Counted from the whole stretch's first letter, positions 22,183 through 35,390 are shown. The stretch is 55,615 nt of DNA, filler included, from Thelocarpon superellum (GCA_026025795.1; 2 parts of 2 records of this genome joined end to end with filler, not necessarily neighbours in it); one strand, 5' to 3'. Numbers and translations: made by a program. The notes: generated by a model not told the origin, from the sequence alone.

Positions 22183-25100
22183 ATGAATCCTCTCTCCCAC
22201 GTCAACGCTGTCTGGCTCTCCTGGCTAACCTTGTTCTTGATCTGTAGGATTCGTGCCCTGCCACAGTTGGCCCGCGCCCCGCCTTATGCCTACGGCTCCG
22301 CGAACCAGAGTCAAGTGATTCAGCACGCACTGGCTTCTGACGGATCCGTACAAATCCTGCCCCAGACTTCTGCCAGGACGAATGGCGTAGGTTGCCTCGT
22401 ATTGTTGCTGAAGCGAACCCCATCGCCTGACACTACACACAGACGATCATCAGCCTCCTCGAGACGTCCGGCCGTCTGTCGTCGCTGCCATTTGTGACCT
22501 CGTCGATTCCCTCACCAACCGCGTTGATCCAAGCCTCGACTACCTTTACTGTCTCGTCCATTGGGCTGACTCCCGGCCCCACGCTCGATCCTGCCCCCGC
22601 TCCTGCCCCGGCACCGGACCCCGACCCCAGCACCGAAGTCGACATTGACGAGATCGAGGAAATCGAGAACTGTGTCATCCAGACCTCGTACACAACGATA
22701 CTGGTCTCCTTCGATCGAGCTCCCTCTAAGTCTAGTGCAGCTATCGGAGTTGACGATCCTTGCCCCGAGCCTTCTGAGCCCCCATCGCAAGCAAGTAGCG
22801 CCATCACGACCGTGGTGTCGTGGGTCGATGCTGGAGGTAGCACGCTAGAAATTGTTAGCAGTGCGGCATCAACATCTCTCTCAGTCCCGGGTGCCTCAGA
22901 GTCACGGCCGGCGACGTATCTCCCCGCCTCCCCCGCCTCGGACGCGCTACCTATTGCGCCGGTCGAAGCCCCCGGTGTGGCGCAACTGTACCCAGTCACG
23001 ACATCGCTCGGGCTTGAACTGCTCCCGTCAACATTGCAGTCTCTCCCGTTGAGTAGCGCAAACTTGTCGGGCCAAACTATGGCGGGCGCCAATATATTCA
23101 CACCGGTCGATACCAAGGCGCCCCCTGCAAATCTGGGAACTCGCCCAGATCACCCCGTCCCGAGACAGGGGATCGACCAGTCGTCTCCGATTCCGACGAA
23201 CAAATTCTATGCCAACTTCTTCCTGGCCACCCAGGGACAGCCTACATGGACCCATCCCTATTCGGTCTCGTGGAGCAAGGGCTCGGGAGCGGCACAAAGC
23301 TGGGGCGTGAGCGTATCACACATTGACGCAAATCAACGGGTGAGCATGGCTTAGTCACGAGCCTTGCATCTCAACAGAGCTAATGCTAAATAGGCGTACG
23401 GACCGGGCAATCCAGTCCAATACTTTATCAAGTAAGAGGCATAATGACCTACTGTTGGGGACCCGTTCTGACCTAGATCACAGTCCCAATGGAATTCAAT
23501 CCGTCATCCTCTCGGCGGCCGAGCTTGGGAGGTATGCTTCACCGCAGTTTCGAAGTGCGCCTAATGGCTGACCCATCATTCAACACAGCTCTACTGTTCT
23601 AAGCATGACCAATTTGACGGCGTTTTCGGCCAACATAAAGTTGCAGCCACAGGCGGGATCACCGGGCGGAATCACCTTTCCCTTGGTGCAAGGCATGGGG
23701 TTCATCACCGCGCAGTATTTGGGTCTCCAGCCCGCCATTCAGTCTGGAGTCTTCTTCCAAAACGTCACACGGGTTTCCGACTTTGCTCTTACCAGACCAG
23801 GCATCATCAAGTATCGGATCAACCTGGAAGATGGGAAAACTGTCAGTCGAACCGGCCCTATCCGAGTCGCCACGATTGCTGCACTCCCCGTCGCTGGGTC
23901 GCGATGACTGACGCTGGGTGCAGTGGCTCCTATACGCTGTACCTCCGCACGGCCAAGACCTCAATCTAGTGGCGAAGACGAACGGCCTGATTCAAGCCTC
24001 AGCCCCATTTACCGGGACGATCCAGATCGCAAAGGTTCCAGCTGGCGCGTCGGAAGCCGTCTATGATGCCTCCGCCGGCGTGTACGCGACCGGCGCCGAA
24101 ATCTCCGGCACCGTCTCCGGCACGACGGGATCCTACTCGTTGACGTGGCAGAAGAGCGGGCTCAATGCGTCGGCGGCCACTCCGCTGCTCATGTTCGCTC
24201 TCCCACATCACATCCAGACGTTTGATGCCGCCACCGCTCAGGGGACGACGACGCTCCAGCTCCAGACTACGACGAAAGGAGTTGCGACTGCGGTGGCCAA
24301 AGATTCGTGGACTCTGGTCCAGAGCAGCCTGCCGGTGGACATGGGATTCGCCCCATGGAGTCCGAGCCTGCGCAGTGTGTCTTCGCTCTCCGCAATCGCT
24401 GTCAATGCCATCAACAACGTCTCCGCCAGCGAGGTCTCTCAGGACATGAACGCCCAGACCAATTTGGACAGCATGTATTTCAGCGGAAAGGTGACTCGCC
24501 GAGATTGATGTTGAACTGCAAGGACCGCCTGCTGATACCTGATCCTGTACCAGGGTTTGAGTAAGTTCGCGACCATCATCTACGCCATGCATGATCTCGC
24601 AAACAATCCCGCCCTTGCGCTAGCAGGGCTCGATCGTCTGAAGACGGCCTTTTCGGTCTTTGCCAACAATACGCAGACGTATCCGCTGGTATACGAAAGT
24701 GAGTCGAGGGAAACGCTGCACGGGATGTGTAGTTGCGTCGTCTGACCTGCTTCAGCGGCGTGGAAAGGAGTCGTGTCCACAGGGTCCTATGTGACGGGAG
24801 ACTCTGGTCAAGATTTTGGTAATACGTACTACAGTGGGTCACCGTGTCTACGATGAGAGGCGGCGAGCGACTGACACAGTTACAGACGACCATCACTTCC
24901 ACTATGGGTATTTCATCTACACCGCCGCGATCATTGGGTATCTTGACCCGACCTGGTTGGCCGCGAACAAAGACTACGTCAACACGCTTGTTCGAGACGT
25001 ACGTGGCCGCTGGCGTATTCCTGTCCTTCGTATTTTCCTCCCATCCCTCGTGAATCGTCTACTAATGACGACCACCAATAGGCCGCCAACCCCAGCGCCC

Positions 25101-25900
25101 TAGATACCTACTTCCCCGTATCGCGGTCATTTGACTGGTACCATGGGCACTCGTGGGCGAAGGGGCTGTTCGAATCAGGCGACGGCAAAGACGAAGAATC
25201 TTCGTCCGAGGACGCCCTGTTTGCCTACGCCGTCAAGATGTGGGGCAAGACGATCGGCGATGCGAACATGGAAGCGCGCGGCAACCTGATGTTGTCCGTG
25301 CTGTCCAAGTCGCTGCCGAATTACTTCCTCATGGAGAGCTCCAACCAGAATCAACCGGCCAACTTTATTCAGAATAAGGTCACGGGGATTGTAAGTGCTG
25401 TATCTCCGAGATCGTTCTGGTGTGTCAAAAGGCTCATCCTTTGCTTTCACAGCTCTTTGAGAACAAAGCAGACCATACCACGTACTTTGGCATGAATATC
25501 GAGTATATCCAAGGGTGAGTCGACTTCTGTCTTCCCCGCCTCCTTTGTTCTCTTATTCCTTTTCCTTTCTCTCGTCCCGTCCTGTGTTTTTCCCTCGCTC
25601 TCCTTCATGAATCATCAGCTGACACATACCAGCATTCACATGATCCCACTGAATCCCAGCTCGACACTCACACGTGGCCAGACATTCGTCTCGGAAGAAT
25701 GGGCGCGCTACTTCGACAACGGACGCGTCGACCAGATCGCCGGCGGCTGGCGCGGCATCCTCTACGCCAATCTGGCCATCATCGACCCCGTGTCGGCCTG
25801 GAAGTTCTTCTCCCAGACTAACTTTGATCCTGGATGGTTGGACGGTGGCGCCAGTCGGACCTGGTATTTGGCCTACGCGGCGGGACTGGGGGGGGCATGA
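22183..25900 (+). CDS. Secreted endo-1,3(4)-beta-glucanase, glycoside hydrolase family 81 (Eng1/Acf2-like), with S/T/P-rich N-terminal linker; more than 10 introns
   Basis: Signal-like N-terminus, [103 protein letters not shown]. Confidence 0.95.
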
Positions 25901-26592
25901 CCTTGCGCTCGATGCTGAATCCGAATTTGAAGTGCGGAAAGCATCAGCATACGACAGAACGGGCCGACGACGAAAGGGCAGAATGGACAGACGACAAAAT
26001 GACAAGAAGAGAAAACGACAAAACGAAGAGACACGACATGTTGGATATTTCCCTTTCGCCTTGCTTCCGACGCTATGCTTGACTTTTTGGTGATTTACTG
26101 TTGACCTGAGTGACGAAGATATGTTTGGAATGCGCCGACGAAAACGATATTGAAAACGACAAGAATGGAAAAGGAAAAAAGAAAAAAGAGAATGAAGATC
26201 GGGTGGTTGTATTGCGGTATCAAAGCATTGTCTCATCGATACGTCAGTCATGTCGGAATGAATCAACATCTGTCCGATGGAGATAGTGTGGAGTGATAAC
26301 GCCCGTTCATTGGTAGGACATGACTATGAGATCTGTGCTTTTTGACATTCCGTTCATATCTCCATCCCGATGACCCGATCTAATCTATTGCAGTACGTTG
26401 CGACGGCCATCCCCACCCATCTCGTAGATCTACTCAAACTCATGCAGCTCTCTCGTCGACAACGTACTTGCCGCCACTGGTTTGTTGACGTCACATTTCC
26501 ACCGCGAGGTACATGGTCGTGGTCGAGTCATTCTGTGAAGTCGCTTGTAGCCTCCGACCTAGATTGAGAGTTGCGTCTCGAGACACGCTGTT

Positions 26593-27183
26593 TTAGGGGT
26601 TGTTGTTGGGCACTGCCATGTGTTTAATGGTCGCGAGGACGACGTCTTGTTGTAGGTCTGAGCTGCTGTACGTGACGACCGAATTCATGTTAATCAGATG
26701 CTTTGTGCTGACCAGATGCAGCATTTCGCGGAAGATCCGTTCGAGAGTATCGAAGGTAAGCTGTCCCATTGCTGTGTTCTTGACATCCACCCACACCTGG
26801 TAGTGGTCTGAGAGATCAAACTTGATCGTGCCCATGGTCACAGGGGTGTGCGTGCCGCTTTGTCCGATCTGTTTCAACACTTCCAGGATCTCTTGACGGA
26901 TGTATTCCCGAAAGCCCTCTGCCACCTCCGCTATCGTCGCTGCGAACAAGGTCAGGAAGAATCTGGTATGAGGGACTAGCGTCCGGATGCCTTGGTGGTT
27001 TTGTCGACGGTCGATGGGGGAGCGGGCTGCCGGCGCCAGCTGAGGCAGGTTCGCGGACGTGGCGGCTTCATTTCTGATCCTCAGGTCCGCTGATGGACCG
27101 GTGGTGGGCTCGAATGCTGGGCGAGCCCCAATCAACGGGAGAAGCAGCGCAGCGATCAAGAAGGATCGAGGGAGGATGTGCAT
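26593..27183 (-). CDS. Small secreted orphan protein (196 aa) with signal peptide and probable Kex2 propeptide
   Basis: MHILPRSFLIAALLLPLIGARP signal, dibasic IDRR|Q site, cysteine-free alpha/beta-looking mature part; single exon. Confidence 0.75.
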   Translation of the reverse strand: MHILPRSFLIAALLLPLIGARPAFEPTTGPSADLRIRNEAATSANLPQLAPAARSPIDRRQNHQGIRTLVPHTRFFLTLFAATIAEVAEGFREYIRQEILEVLKQIGQSGTHTPVTMGTIKFDLSDHYQVWVDVKNTAMGQLTFDTLERIFREMLHLVSTKHLINMNSVVTYSSSDLQQDVVLATIKHMAVPNNNP

Positions 27184-27847
27184 CGTGGGCCGAATGAAGA
27201 GTGAGATGGCAACGAGCGGAAGCCAGTGGTGCCGTACGACTGGATCGACGGATGTGGTAGAGACTGTACTGGGGAAAGTGAGACTGCTGGCGGCGCGTCA
27301 GACATCCGGCCGACGGCAGGCCAAGGTCTTAAGCAAGCACCAGCAGCGAGAGCGCAAAGATGAGATCCAAAGATCGGAGTTTTCATGGAAGGATTGTGTC
27401 CAGCAGACATGTGATGGACGCATAATTGATGCAGTCCGTTTCGATCATGTCGAATACGACCTCTCGCCTGCCCACGTGGGTGTCAACTCGACAGTTGCGT
27501 GGATTGCGCTTGTGGACGCTCGTGTACGGGAAGGGCCGGTGGTAAAACCTTGCTAGGACGAGAAACACGCGATGGATGCTCCGGGCCAGAACGAGCAGAG
27601 CAGTCGGCGCGTCGAGCCTCAAGCAAAACGCTATTTATGATGGCTAGATGGCCGACCTGACGATTGGAACAGGATCACTAGGGGGCATGGCCAGGCCGAC
27701 ATGTTGACAGATGCTCCCGGCTTATGTCGCCCGCGCTCAGCGGTCAACATGCAAGGGTCGTGCTTGATACTGCCGAAACGATGGGCTGCCGGGTGGGTAG
27801 ACAGAGCGCCAGGTACTTACCAATCCCGACGACCTTGCCGATGAGAA

Positions 27848-27947
27848 NNNNNNNNNNNNNNNNNNNNNNNNNNNNNNNNNNNNNNNNNNNNTTAATTAAT
27901 TAANNNNNNNNNNNNNNNNNNNNNNNNNNNNNNNNNNNNNNNNNNNN
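27848..27947. other. Artificial assembly spacer: 44 N + TTAATTAATTAA + 44 N
   Basis: Exactly 100 nt; the central 12-mer is palindromic and gives stop codons in all six frames. Confidence 0.95.
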
Positions 27948-29188
27948 CCTGTGACCGGCTCTGCTGCGACAGACTTCAAAAGGGAATCAACGGCGGCACG
28001 GTTACTCGGTTCTGGTGGGGAGACACTTCCAGGATTCGATGTCGCCAACGCTGACTTTGCCCAGGATCGGCCGGTATTGCGGAACTGGCCGTCTTCCATC
28101 CCGTCGACACGATTGCCAAACGATTGATGAGCAACCAGGGAAAGGTCGGCGGTCGTAGTGCAAGCCATGAGTGGAGTGCACTGACGAATGCTGATAGATC
28201 ACCTCTGCCTCGCAATTGAACTCGGTCATCTTCAAAAACTACAGTGATGCCACTGTTCCGCGCAAATTCTTTTCCCTCTTTCCGGGTCTTGGGTACGCCG
28301 CGGGATATAAAGTAGGTCCATGGTCCGGGGCGTCTCGGAGGATGTGCTGGACTGATGGCGGAATAGATCCTGCAACGAATATACAAATACGGCGGTCAGC
28401 CATTTGTCCGAGACTATCTCGCCATCCACTATGGAGAGAACTTCGACCGGGCGTTTGGCAAAGGGACGGGCAAAGCGATGATGCATGCAGCGGCAGGAAG
28501 GTACGGTGCCATCACCGCGTCCACGTCTCGGACATGACTGATGACGTTTCAGCATCATCGGGGTGGGCGAGATTGTGCTGCTTCCCCTGGACGTGCTCAA
28601 GATCAAACGGCAGACGAATCCCGAGGCCTTTCGCGGCCGGGGCATCTTCCGAATTGTGGCCGACGAGGGTTTTGGACTCTATCGAGGATGGGCGTGGACG
28701 GCGGCACGGAATGCGCCGGGATCGTTCGCGGTGAGTCGAGCTCGGTGGACGTACTTCCATGTGACCTCTACTGACGTGGCCCTTTAGCTTTTCGGAGGCT
28801 CGGCGTTTGCCAAGGAATACCTCTACAAATTAACAGACTACAACCAGGCCAGCTGGTCTCAGAACTTCGTGGCCTCGGTCGCCGGAGCCAGTGCGTCTCT
28901 GATCGTGTCGGCCCCGCTGGACGTGATCAAGACGCGGATTCAGAATCGCAACTTCGAGAACCCCGAGAGCGGGTTCCGGATTATCGGGAACATGATGCGC
29001 AACGAGGGCATCACCAGTTTCTTCAAGGGGCTCATCCCGAAGGTTGGTTTACACCGACGGTCCAGCCGACAGAACGATCACTAATCACTCCCACACAGCT
29101 AATCACGACCGGACCTAAGCTCGTGGCATCCTTCTGGCTGGCGCAGACGCTCGTACCGGCATTCGACAAGATCCTTTCACGACAGTGA
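27948..29188 (+). CDS. GGC1: Mitochondrial GTP/GDP carrier; start codon lost in the gap; 6 introns
   Basis: KRESTAARLLGS|GSAGIAELAVFHPVDTIAKRLMSN, FSLFPGLGYAAGYK|ILQRIYKYGGQPF, LLPLDVLKIKRQTNPEAF, TAARNAPGSFA|LFGG, SAPLDVIKTRIQNRNF, FFKGLIPK|LITTGPKL; three PxDxxK carrier signatures. Confidence 0.95.
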
Positions 29189-29640
29189 TGGTGCGTCAAG
29201 ACGAGCTAGTTCATCTGGAGCGGAGTAGACTATCTTGTTGTTGCAGTTGCTTATCCTAAATACCCACGCACCTTTCATTGCGAGAGAAAGAAGCGTTACG
29301 GGTCCACCCCACTCACCCCATACCCCACAGCCCATACCCCATGATCAAGCGGGACAGGAGACTGATTGGAACGGCCACGGAAGGGTTACAGGGGTTATGC
29401 AGTACATAGACGACAGAAGAGTTATATACTCGTGGGTCTGTAGGGATACAGGTTACCATCCATCCACTTCCCCCCCCCAAAAAGCAAACATAACCACAGG
29501 CGGGGTACATGTAAATGAACACGAGGATCGCACCATTCTCCAACGCCGTCACCGAAAGGTCCATCCTTTTTCCTTGGCCAGAAACCTCCATCTTCACACC
29601 TCCCTCCTGATCCTCATCCAGAACCAGAACCAGAACAAGC

Positions 29641-30439
29641 ATGACAGACCGGCCGCCGCCTACCGGCAGCCCGACGCTGCGCTTCCCAGCCGGAGAAAAC
29701 GCAGAGCAAGTGACGAAAGAACTGACGTCGCTCCTCACGGCGCCGCCGCTCGCGCACGCGGGAAGGTGGAAGCTGGACGACGCCCGCGAGGGCGTGTACA
29801 AGCGATATGAGTTTCCCAGCTTTGCTAGGGCGTTGGTTGGTCAATCTTTCTCCTCCCCCTCCTCACATTTCCCTTCTCTTTTCCCTCTCTTGTCATGTCT
29901 TCTTGACACAGTTATAAGTCGTGGAGAGCATTACCAGAGGGCCATGTTTTCGTACTGTATCGTATCGTGCAGTGTCTTCTTGCACCTTCGAGGACTTCAT
30001 CGTCCTCGTCGGCATCAAAAGTAAACTGAGAAATCACCACCCTGAGCTACGCAGTGTGAGCTTGTCCCTTCTTTCCTTCGCATCTTCCTCCCTCCTTTCC
30101 TCCCGTTGAACATGTGCCCCCCAGGGCGGGGACCAGCAACTGCCTCCTGCTACATCATATCTGGTACTTCTACTAACATGACGACGGACTGCTTTCTAGA
30201 CGTACAAAGAAGTGTTTTATCACTGGACGACGCACCGACCGCGTGGTCTGTCCGCAAAGGATACATATATGGCGCGTTTCTGCGACGAGCAGGCCACGCG
30301 TCTTGGTGCGATATGCAGTGATGGTGATGAGTGCGATGATGGCGATGACGATGACGGGGTGGAAAAGAGGCAGGGGAGAAGTCGTGCTGTTGCTTCCACT
30401 TCCACTTCCACTTCCACTTCCTTTTCCACCATCGCCTAG
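29641..30439 (+). CDS. Pterin-4-alpha-carbinolamine dehydratase (PCD/DCoH family); 2 introns, first acceptor uncertain
   Basis: RWKLDDAREGVYKRYEFPSF, NHHPE, HWTTHRPRGLSAKDTYMARFCDE; low-complexity D-rich and ST-rich tail. Confidence 0.8.
30394..30422 (+). repeat. (TCCACT)n microsatellite encoding STSTSTST in the PCD tail
   Basis: ttccacttccacttccacttccacttcc. Confidence 0.7.
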
Positions 30440-30772
30440 GAGGTTCCACTCGATCTTGTCGCTGCTTGTGGCTTGTGGGACTCCTCCTCCTCACACTCAC
30501 GCTCACACCCCGTCAAGGGCTGGCTATCAAAAGCCCAAGTGTCATTGATTCGTGTGACTGACTGCAAGCATCGGACGGACAGACGGACGCGCTGAGTCCA
30601 TAAGTACATCAAACCCGCCACCCGTGTCTCTCACGCGTTCATTTTCGCGCTCATTCGCGCGCATTCATGATCCATGTACATCTCAAGCTGCGCCGGGCAA
30701 TGCTTTCGTTCACACGTCGGATGATGACCAAAATCCCCGCTCATCCGTTATCGCACGACCATCTCGCGTCCG

Positions 30773-33700
30773 TCACAGGATATTGATGGCCTGTTTGATC
30801 TGCGACAGCGCCGTCTTGGTCCGCTCCCGCACGTCGAGCTCCGGATCATGTTCCAGCGCTTCGAGCTTGCCCTGGAAGCCCAGCCTCTTCAGCTCCAGCG
30901 CTCGGTTGCGGCACGCGTGTTGGTCCGCCTGATCGTCCAACCAGGTCAGGTTAATGATGATCCACGTCAGCGCCACCCGCACGTTCTTGTTCGCGTGCCC
31001 AAACAGCGGCATCAGGAGGTTGAGCAACTCCGTCTGCGACATGAGGAGTTGCCGATGTCGAGGATGACTGGCCGCGATGTGGACGAGGATGAAGCAGACG
31101 GCGACAATGATCTCGCCCGGCGGCTGAATGACCCGGGTCGTGCTGCCCTGGGACGATGCCGGTCGTCGGCCGCGATCCGGCCCGTGCACCACCCGTGGCC
31201 GCAGCTTGGACGACAGGATCTCAAAGAGCCGATCCTGTCCCAGGGTCCGCAGGAGAAAATCAATCATCTCCACCGATTCCGGTCCACAGATCAGGTTACG
31301 GATGAACGCCAGGCCTTGTTCCTGTACCGCCCGATCATCGCGCCCTGCCCGCTGCGTCAAGCTCGATTCGCCCATGGATGGTGCGTCTAGGCCGTCCCCC
31401 AACGACACCACGCCGTCCGTGCCGATGGCCATCGACGGAACATGCTCCGCGGCCGCGGGACGGCCGGGAGGATAGGTGTCGCGCAGATCGAGACTGGCAT
31501 CACCCTCCCCGTCCTTGTTCCCTTCCTCAGTCATGATGGCCTCACTAGAGTCCCATTGACCTTGCGACACCAGTGCCTGGCGCTCCGATTCGTCACAGAT
31601 GAGTCGGATCAGCCAGCTCTGTCCGAGTTCTTGAAGACACGTCATCTTGATCGCATTCTCCGCCGAGCACACCAGATTCTTGAGCGCCCAGAGCGCATTG
31701 AGGCGCAGCCGGGTGTTGTTAGAATGAGCATGCTCACACAGGATCTTCAGGATGCCGGCGCGCATGATGGCCTGCTCGTCGCGCATCAGATGGGGCGACA
31801 CCTGTCGGCGGGCCGAGGATGTGTCACTCACCTCCCGCATCGGGCTGAACTCCAAAACGAGGTTGCACACGGCCGCCGTGGCCGCGATCTGAACCTCGAG
31901 GTCATCGTGCTTCAAGAGCGCAAACAAGGGCATGGCCACGCCCGCGTCGATCAAGCTGGTCCGCAAGATGCTCACCGACCGGGACAGCGCCCGCACGGCC
32001 GCGCAGGCCGCGATCAAGACAAACGGAGGATTACCTTTTCCGTTGGTGTTCGGGTCCGTGCGGATAGCTCGTCCGGTTGGCGGATCCGGTGGGTCGGCGG
32101 TCTCGGCGGCATACGGCATCTCCGGCGTCAGATCCAATGGCACCAAGGACTCGACGAGAAAGGGGGCCACGCCATGGTCGATGATCATCTTGCGATACTC
32201 GTCCCGAAACGGCGCGAGGGCCGCCAAGGCCTTCAACGTGCTCCCGCGCACCGACATCTGGTGGAGCGTGGCGGCCGCGAGACCTGGTCGGCCGAGGCGC
32301 GACGGACCAAGTCCATCCGTGGCCGCGGTCACGGTCCCGTTGGCCTCGGCCGGCGTCCAGGTGGAGATAGCGGCGGCACGCGGGATGGGGTCGTAGGCGA
32401 CCTTGAGCATGTGCGCGAGTTTCTTGATCGCATTCGCTTCCACCGCGGCCCGTTGTAACTCGAGGCTATCCGTGACCAGCGTGGCCAGGATGGCCGGGGT
32501 GCGCTCGCGGATGGCCATCTCCTCCCATCGCGCCAGATCCGCCGCACGCTTCGCGAGGGCGCGGTCGGCAGCGGGGCTGTCGTCATCCAGCATCTGCACG
32601 AGGATGGGGATGACAAGCAGCGCCAAGGTGGTCTCGCGCTTTTTGCTCATTAGGCCGGCGCGATAGAGTGCGGTCAAGACGCCGGCCGACATGAGCCGGG
32701 TGATGCCCTGCTCCGCGCGGGTCAAATGGATCAGCCACGGCACCAGCGGGCTTTCATCCTCCTCGTTCATGCAGAGGGAAGGGGAGGGGATCGCCGTGTC
32801 GCCGGTCTCGCCGGGTGCCTGGTCCGAGAACCAATTGTGTGTTCCCTTGAGGTTGATGCCGGGAAGCGTACGGGACACGGTCGGACCGAGCGGGGGAAAG
32901 GCGGTGGACGAGGTGGTGCCTTTGACATGCGGCGAGGGCACGGGCGGCAGGAGGGCATCGATGGAGCGGACGTACATCTGACGATACATCTCCTCGGGGG
33001 ACGGGAGCCGGTGACTTGGGCCCTGCTTGTCGCCGGCATCGGGGGCGCGCTCGAGCCTGGGACTGGGGAAGATGACCAGGATGATACCGGAGTAGAGGAA
33101 GTGGGCGGCCCGCGAACGCGAATCCTGAATGATGGCGCTGATGGCCTGCAGGGTGAGATGCAATTTCGCCGTCGGCGGACGCTCCGGTCGGCGAAAGTCC
33201 GGGAGGAGGCCGTCGGCGGCAGGTGGGACGTAGCGCGTGGCGATGATGAAGAGGGCCAAGCGCCCGGCCAAGGCATCCAGGGCGCCGGCGCCGGCCAGTG
33301 CCGCCTGGTGCCAGTCCTCGCTGCAGGTCTTCGCAATCAGGGCCGCGACCTGATCGATCTGGAGCTGGACGATGGGGGAGTGTGAGGCTTGGGAGAGGAT
33401 ATGGGTCAGGTCGTGCACGTGAGGCTCGGCAAAGAGGACATTAGTGAGGACGCCGTCTTGGATGGCAGGTTGCGGGAGGGATAGTGTGATGGCGTCGGCA
33501 ATGGTGTTGAGCGCGCGGAGCGTGGCTAGAACGAGCTTGGGACAGTTATCCGCCGGGGATATAGCGTTGAGGAGGGCGGGAATGGCCGCGGCCTGTAACA
33601 GGGGAGCGACGAATGCGGATCCACCTGAGATGCGAGGACGGGTCAATCGGATGCATAGGGCGACGGGTGGGAGATAAAGACTGACCCTGGGCGAGACTGC

Positions 33701-33995
33701 CGATGATGATGGTGGCTTGCAGCCGGCTCTCCTCCTCCTCTGGCACGATGCTTTCATCCGCCGGGGACGGGCCTGGACCGCCATTGACCTCTCGGCTTCG
33801 GCGCTTGCCTCCGGTGCGCGAGGGTGTCAACGTCTTGACCAGCGGGGTAATGATGCCAGCGGCAATCCACGCCTCCTTTCTCTGGTCTTGGCCGATGACC
33901 TCGTTTCGCAGGGTCTTGAGGGCCGACAGCTGGGCCGGGTATGTTGACGGGTTTTGGAGCTCGGCCAGGATGGGGGTCGTCGATGGGCGGGTCAT
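30773..33995 (-). CDS. Armadillo-repeat protein ARMC8 / Vid28 (Gid5)-like subunit of the GID/CTLH E3 ligase; 2 introns
   Basis: ALKTLRNEVIGQDQRKE, LQATIIIGSLAQ|GGSAFV, AACAAVRALSRSVSILRTSL, AATAAVCNLVLEFSPMRE|, LNALWALKNL, VQEQGLAFIRNL, WIIINLTW, DPELDVRERTK. Confidence 0.88.
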
Positions 33996-35390
33996 GGTGG
34001 CGGCGTGGGGTCATCCGACAAAGACACGCGCGGCCGCCGGGGGGACTGATGGACGGACCGTGCGATGGGCCGAGATGGAGACGTGGAGGGAGGGAGATGT
34101 CGGAGCTTCGGTCGTCCGCATCGATCGCACGTCGATACAAGCCCCACCAAGCCCGGATCACTACGGTCTGGAAGACGTAACGGATGAGGTGCGAAGTCGC
34201 TTGATGAGCCTGCGTCAACTGGTCGGGCGATTGTTTTCCAGATGCTCCGCTACTCGTGAGAAGTCTGCGATAACTTGAGCGCGTGGGAAAAAAAGGGAAC
34301 AAAGCGGGGGAGGAGGAGCAGACGGCGGGGATGGAGAATGGAGAATGGAAAATGGGCGGTACCTAGAGAGCAATATTCGGTACATACGTGAGAGACCTTC
34401 ACTAGCTGCAGCTACGTGCTGGTAGCGAGAGCAGGCTCTCACCCCGAGTCGAGTCTGAGGAGAGGTAGTGAGATGGGGTGGGCGGCCACAGTGCAGATTC
34501 CGACCGACTGACCGACGTGTACCCACACTTGATGGGAGTTGAGGTCGGAGGGTCGAGACGCTGAAGCACCTCCGCAGCGCTCCACATCACATCACGCGAG
34601 ATAGCTGAGGCGCACGGCTAACCAAGAGCTTGGGAGATCTGACAGTACAAGTAACATAGCTAAGTAATCTACGGCTACGACTAACGACACATGCCTCGCG
34701 GGAGACCCATACGACCGTCATGCCGAGCCTGTCACCCAAAGCCCCGGCATCACCTCACCCAAGGTGCCGCAGACGTTAGTCGTCAGCAAGCAAGCCATCA
34801 TTGCGTGCAGTGGGCGCCTGCAAGACAATCCTTGCTATTCTGGGCAGAAGGTGCATACGAAGTGGGCTTGACGAACGAAACAACATCGCCGAAACTGCAT
34901 GGACTAATTCTCGAGCACGAAGGACGGCGAGCAAGTCGTGATTGGCACGACGTGACAAGTCATGCCAGTTGACGTGCGGTAGTCGAGGAGAATCTGATGC
35001 GCGCCAATGGCTCAAGCGGGGACCAAGTGTGCCCTGTCACTTCTGGCAGGTTTGGGGAGGACGGTCGGCAGTGGTCCCCTTGGCCCCCGGGAGCACTACC
35101 GCTCTAACTCAACTAGTTAAGTAAGTAACTAGTCAGCTTAGTTAACTATTAGAGTACCAAGCACCAGCACTCGGCTGGTAGCGGGGGAACGCTTCGTGCC
35201 TGCCCGGCAAACACCTCCCTTTCCCCCACCCCGCCGTCGTCAGCGGTCATCGTGCGCGCCGCAGATATCCGACCCCCAATCTTTGTTATCGTCTTCCGCC
35301 AGTACGACCCACCATCCGCGTCCATCATTGCTCGTCGCCTTTGTTTCGGACATAGAGGGCAGAGATGCGGAGAATTCACCGGTAGCAAGC

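Noticed and set aside
27892..27903. TTAATTAATTAA palindrome as a regulatory site or transposon footprint
   Set aside because: It is centred in a symmetric N-run totalling 100 nt, so it is a synthetic six-frame-stop linker.
20629..30439. Cofactor gene cluster (riboflavin deaminase, GTP carrier, pterin dehydratase)
   Set aside because: The genes are separated by unrelated genes and an assembly gap, and no shared motif was seen; the GTP theme is probably coincidental.
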